Virus record (IMG/VR): IMGVR_UViG_3300006734_000009
Span: 1 to 55,362 of that record
Reading direction: 5' to 3' (one strand)
Source of the DNA: a virus
Taxonomy: Duplodnaviria > Caudoviricetes
DNA: 55,362 nucleotides
In this document: positions 51,203 through 55,362 of the stretch, piece by piece
How the letters are laid out: each line of letters begins with the position of its first letter
Position numbering within the stretch: position 1 is the stretch's first letter
The notes under the pieces: model-generated
Database searches by the model: none
What the model was told of the DNA's origin: nothing
Seen by the model: the letters and a program-made list of their open reading frames with translations, nothing else
Program-made: the position numbers and the translations under genes

Positions 51203-51673
51203 ATGCCTGTGAATTCTACGAAAATTACTGCGAACACTCAAGTTTCATCCATTGGTGGAACCTTTGACGGATTTATTTATTACAACGGTGCGACCGCTTC
51301 GGTTGTTTATATCTTTGACAACAACACCGCCGATGTTTCAGCCCCATTTGATTATAACAACGACCCTACGATTACCGGTCCTACGGCTGGTTTATCGGCG
51401 GGAATGTTGGTATTTGGTGATGGTATTCCGGAAGGGGCTACAATTAGTTCTATTACAGACGCACTTAACTTTGAATTAAGTGTTTCCACTACGGGGGGTT
51501 CTAAGACCGCCGAACCACTAACTTTTGTTTCGGTGGATAACCCAATTGGAAAATTCAAAATTGATGCTAACACTAGTGATGATATTCGGGGATTAGAAAT
51601 TATCTGTCGCAACGGAATTAAAATCGTTGCTAATAACTTCACTACTTTGGAAGTCTTTGCCCTCACTAACTAG
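51203..51673 (+). CDS. Virion structural protein (beta-rich)
   Basis: GLSAGMLVFGDGIPEGATISSI motif common in virion proteins. Confidence 0.55.
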   Translation: MPVNSTKITANTQVSSIGGTFDGFIYYNGATASVVYIFDNNTADVSAPFDYNNDPTITGPTAGLSAGMLVFGDGIPEGATISSITDALNFELSVSTTGGSKTAEPLTFVSVDNPIGKFKIDANTSDDIRGLEIICRNGIKIVANNFTTLEVFALTN

Positions 51674-51684
51674 GGGGTTAAAGA

Positions 51685-54057
51685 ATGACTAGAGTTCCAA
51701 ACATTCGTGATTACGAGGGTTTTGCTGAGGGTGTTAATTGGACCGAGGCTTTATCCGTTAGGGTGATGGTAGATTTTATCAATTCACCGGGAAATACCAC
51801 ACTCGGTAGACAATTAGTTGATTGGTTTTTGAAAGACCACTCGCCATTTTCGGGCTACAACGACGAAAGGTTTGATAGTATTAACCGTAAGGCGTATCAA
51901 ACTCTATTAGAAAAGGACATTGATAGTGAGGACTTTTCCCCACTAAGGGATAAAAGAGAACTCGTGGTTGAGGGTCTTTCGGGTCTAACACTTGGACAGT
52001 TAAAGGAAGGTAAGGCAGATAACTACTCGTTGGATTTAGAAGATACCGACGAGAATAAAAAACTTATCGGACAATTGGTCGGAGAGAGGATTCTTTATCC
52101 CGACGAGGAAAGGCCTTACCAGCCCTCCTATGCTTCTAAACTTGTAGAGGAATTTAAAAATCTGTTAGGCGTTGAGAGGATTGAACCATTAGAAGCACCT
52201 CTTCAAACGCAACAAGAAACCGAAGAATTTTACGATAAATACTTTAGAGATGTAGCAACACTTGACGGTCTTATCACGGCAGTTAGTGATTACATTAACT
52301 CTATGAGAACCGGCTTTACTTCAAGTGTTGCAGGTGCTATGGGTGAGGCTTACCTACCCGGAGGAAAGGATTCTAAACCCATTGAATTAGTTAACTTCTT
52401 GGCAGATTTTCAAGGAGGAATATTAGTTAGGAAAAGATACCGTGATAGGGGGAGGGCGGATAACCCTTATTACAAACCTAATGACGAGGACGACGATGAA
52501 CCCGAAGAACTAAACCTTAGAAGTTTAGATGATGAAAGTTATATTGATTATCTAATCGGTCTTCCTAAATCTAAACTAGTTAATCAATTAAATAGAAGCA
52601 TTAAGAGAGTCCTCAATGAAAAACTTTCGGGGTTGAAGGGATTTGACAGTTCTACTATGGAAACAGTTCTTAGAAATGTTGATTCTAAAATCAATACCAG
52701 TCTTGTTACAGAAGCGACCTCTACGGCAGGTTCCCAATATACCCCTTCCCAAGTAGGAGAATATTCAAAAGAAATTGATGACGATGTTCTCGCCAATTGG
52801 TTAGTGGATAATGAGTCCAACCTAGTAGCAGACTTTTTTGATTGGTTAATGGCTGGCGGGGGTAATGAATTTAAACGAAAAATTAATTGGAATACCCTAA
52901 CTGTTTCCGGTGTGAAGGGGAGTATGCAGAAGTTAAGAAGAGTTTCCAACTTCAAGGGAAAACATGTAATAGCAGACCCTAACGCTGAACGCCAAAACAC
53001 CAATGTTGTGCAAAATGCTTTGAACGCAATTAGTGATAAAGAAAAATTTGATGATATGATGGGCATGAAAAAGGTGGAGTCTTATTTTGCTCAAGACGGT
53101 CTTTTTGATGGCATAGTGGACCTGTTTAATAGATTGGACGATTTAGTTAAGAGTTCCAAAAGCATGTATAAAGTATCGGACGACGAAAGACTATTTCCCG
53201 ATGTTTCTAAACTTAGAGAGAAGGCTCTTAAAGAAAAAATATTAGAGGGAGATATGGAAGAGTTTAACGATTTATATGACATCGTGAGAGAGAACATTAA
53301 AAGGTTAGAAGACACTACAAAGGAGGATGAAATTCCTCCCGAGCAAAGGGAAGAGTTTGTTTTCGTTGACTCGGATGTATTAGAGGAGGCGAATAGTTAT
53401 CTAAAGGAACTTGGGACGGCTAAAAGAACTTACTTTAGCGCAATTACCACCGTGGATGTTAACTCTTTCAAAGAGGAGTTGGTTAGAGTTTTAAATGAAA
53501 TGGGTAAGTCAGAAGAAGCAGACTTTATCCGTGGACAGGATTTAAATGAAATTGACAGTAAAAAGTTTTCGGACCTGTTTGATGTGGGGGAGAGTCCTTC
53601 TTCTTCTACCTTTGTTAGCATGATTAGTAAGGAATACTTTGGAGGAGAACCTAATTTTTCACAACGAGAAACAAAGGTAAAGGCGGCTAAGTTATTCCTT
53701 TTCCCAATTTTATACGAGGACTTTACTATTGGAGTAGATAAAGGACAGGTTAAATCAGCACCAGCCACTATTTCTTATTCCGGCCAACTTACTATTACCC
53801 ACGACCTAGAAATTAAAGGTTTAGTGGGTGAATATTTATTTGAGGGAGAACACCAAGTTAGACCCGAAATAGGAACTCGTGCAACAGATTTTAGTGTTGG
53901 TAGGGGGGCCACCCGAGAGGGGGAGAAAAACATTACCCCTTCGGGTGAGGTTCTTTTTGGTGAGTTTGATACCGCATTTAATAAGAAAAAAGATGACTAT
54001 AAAAACGAAATATTAAAGAAGTTAGCCAAACTTGATTTAGCCGTAGGAGGTAATTGA
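51685..54057 (+). CDS. Large acidic hypothetical protein
   Basis: 790-aa ORF in the structural operon. Confidence 0.7.
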   Translation: MTRVPNIRDYEGFAEGVNWTEALSVRVMVDFINSPGNTTLGRQLVDWFLKDHSPFSGYNDERFDSINRKAYQTLLEKDIDSEDFSPLRDKRELVVEGLSGLTLGQLKEGKADNYSLDLEDTDENKKLIGQLVGERILYPDEERPYQPSYASKLVEEFKNLLGVERIEPLEAPLQTQQETEEFYDKYFRDVATLDGLITAVSDYINSMRTGFTSSVAGAMGEAYLPGGKDSKPIELVNFLADFQGGILVRKRYRDRGRADNPYYKPNDEDDDEPEELNLRSLDDESYIDYLIGLPKSKLVNQLNRSIKRVLNEKLSGLKGFDSSTMETVLRNVDSKINTSLVTEATSTAGSQYTPSQVGEYSKEIDDDVLANWLVDNESNLVADFFDWLMAGGGNEFKRKINWNTLTVSGVKGSMQKLRRVSNFKGKHVIADPNAERQNTNVVQNALNAISDKEKFDDMMGMKKVESYFAQDGLFDGIVDLFNRLDDLVKSSKSMYKVSDDERLFPDVSKLREKALKEKILEGDMEEFNDLYDIVRENIKRLEDTTKEDEIPPEQREEFVFVDSDVLEEANSYLKELGTAKRTYFSAITTVDVNSFKEELVRVLNEMGKSEEADFIRGQDLNEIDSKKFSDLFDVGESPSSSTFVSMISKEYFGGEPNFSQRETKVKAAKLFLFPILYEDFTIGVDKGQVKSAPATISYSGQLTITHDLEIKGLVGEYLFEGEHQVRPEIGTRATDFSVGRGATREGEKNITPSGEVLFGEFDTAFNKKKDDYKNEILKKLAKLDLAVGGN

Positions 54058-54058
54058 A

Positions 54059-55153
54059 ATGGTAAAAGTTATTGTTCAGTCGGACCCCTCTTTGAATGTA
54101 GTTAATTATTCTGCTGGGAATGGAGCCTACACTAATGCTGTTAAGATTGCCGCCCTGTTAGGCGTTGCTGATTTCGTTTCAATTGATGCTGTGGGTGCTA
54201 CCTCTCCGACCTTAGAGGAAGTAGGAGATTTAATTCGTAGGGCTGAGGACTACATTGATGAATTTACTAACGAGTCTTGGAGAGAGAATCTTGCTGAGAA
54301 CGAGTTTCACGACTTTGACTTTTTTGACAAATTTGTTTTTTACTATGAAGACTACGCCGGAAAGGTTAGAACTGAACACGAAAATATTAGAAAGATTATT
54401 AGAATTGCATTTTGGGAGGGCTCGTCTTATAGGGATGTTGCCTCGGCGGTTTCCGTTGTAACGATTAGCGACCACACCAACATTACATCTATTACTTTGG
54501 GTGCGGGCTCATTGTCTTGGACTCTTACTGCGGGAACAACTAATTCAAACTCACAGTTTAATAAATCGTTTGGGAAGAGAACTACGGCTCACGAGTTAGC
54601 CTATCTAATCAATGAGCAACCTCCAACCCTTACTGCTTCTTTTACAGGGGCTACTGCTAACAAGGCCTTGAAGGATGGAACAGACACCTACAACATTTCG
54701 GACTTTTTCTATGCTAGTGTTGAGGAAGATGAGACAATCACAATCGTTTCTTTGTTGCCCGGTTCCGATGGGTCGGCTTGCACAATTAGCACTTCGGGTA
54801 GTGGAGTTAGTGCTACCTCCTTTACAGATAAGGAGGAGTATGACAGAAACCAAAATTGGTGGGACATGAAGGATTCCGGGGATATTTTCTTCCGGGCGGA
54901 CTACCCTTTACATTCAAAACATTCTGTAAAATTAACTTACACCTATGGCAATCATAGAGTTCCCGCTATCATTGAAGAAGCGGCTACAAAACTCGTGGCT
55001 TGTGAACTGCTGGCTAGTGATGATTCATATGTTCTCGTGGGGGACGACTCTACGGGAATTGATATTAAATCAAAATACGACTCGTATAAGCAGGATATTG
55101 ATAGGATTCTGCGAATGAAGAAAAGAATTAATTATTATTTGGATAACGATTGA
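54059..55153 (+). CDS. Head-tail adaptor/connector-like protein with insertion
   Basis: LIRRAEDYIDEFTNESWR and VKLTYTYG..RVPAIIEEAATKLVA are adaptor (gp6/gp15-like) motifs around a Ser/Thr-rich beta insert. Confidence 0.65.
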   Translation: MVKVIVQSDPSLNVVNYSAGNGAYTNAVKIAALLGVADFVSIDAVGATSPTLEEVGDLIRRAEDYIDEFTNESWRENLAENEFHDFDFFDKFVFYYEDYAGKVRTEHENIRKIIRIAFWEGSSYRDVASAVSVVTISDHTNITSITLGAGSLSWTLTAGTTNSNSQFNKSFGKRTTAHELAYLINEQPPTLTASFTGATANKALKDGTDTYNISDFFYASVEEDETITIVSLLPGSDGSACTISTSGSGVSATSFTDKEEYDRNQNWWDMKDSGDIFFRADYPLHSKHSVKLTYTYGNHRVPAIIEEAATKLVACELLASDDSYVLVGDDSTGIDIKSKYDSYKQDIDRILRMKKRINYYLDND

Positions 55154-55162
55154 GGGGATATT

Positions 55163-55362
55163 ATGGGATGGTGGAATGTTGTTAAAATGGTTAGAACCAA
55201 CGAGTATAGCGATGCACAGCATTTAGATGAAAAGGCCTTTGTTGTAAATGATGCTATTTGGCTAGAAGCAGGTGGTCGTCCGTGGAAAAATGACGATGCC
55301 GAGGGTTGGAAATACATGGATATTGAAGACATTGAGGAATCAATAGGTCGTAGGTTAACTTA
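55163..55362 (+). CDS. WxxhhK-motif protein (truncated by window edge)
   Basis: MGWWNVVKMVRTNEYSDAQHL...; open to the end of the window. Confidence 0.6.
   Translation, partial: MGWWNVVKMVRTNEYSDAQHLDEKAFVVNDAIWLEAGGRPWKNDDAEGWKYMDIEDIEESIGRRLT

Noticed and set aside
51203-51673. GLSAGMLVFGDGIPEGATISSI as an E1-associated (FCCH-like) domain of the Ubl system
   Set aside because: This beta motif is common in virion structural proteins and the gene lies in the capsid operon; nothing links it to E1.

Overview
About 55 kb of a tailed (Caudoviricetes, HK97-fold) archaeal virus. It is most consistent with a Magrovirus-like virus of Marine Group II Euryarchaeota (Poseidoniales); this assignment is inferred from gene content (group I chaperonin GroEL/GroES, RFC-like ATPase, TFB, DUF3860-like wHTH proteins, archaeal TATA and GGAGGTGA signals, a DNA ligase inside the head module), not from a search. 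The left arm (1-15.3 kb, minus strand) carries replication, host-takeover and accessory genes: GroEL (truncated at the window edge and absent from the ORF track), GroES, RFC-like ATPase, a histone-fold protein, JAB peptidase, ThiF/E1, TFB, class II RNR, tRNA-Arg(UCU), tRNA-Leu(UAA), a ubiquitin-like protein and a pyrimidine-dimer glycosylase. A divergent non-coding switch (15.35-15.9 kb) holds a mirror-symmetric iteron-like array. It is followed by short early cassettes punctuated by five ACCATATGGT palindromes (15.9-19.1 kb). The plus-strand late arm holds about 17 proteins sharing an N-terminal WxxhhK motif, terminase subunits, LAGLIDADG protein, portal, ligase, protease-scaffold, major capsid protein and a head-tail adaptor. 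The main candidate novel system is a dispersed virus-encoded ubiquitin-like conjugation pathway: a Ubl ending GG-CY, a minimal E1, an E2-like protein with a GSICID motif and a JAB protease. The same E2-like Cys domain recurs in 3-4 putative virion cargo proteins. All homology calls are by motif recognition only.
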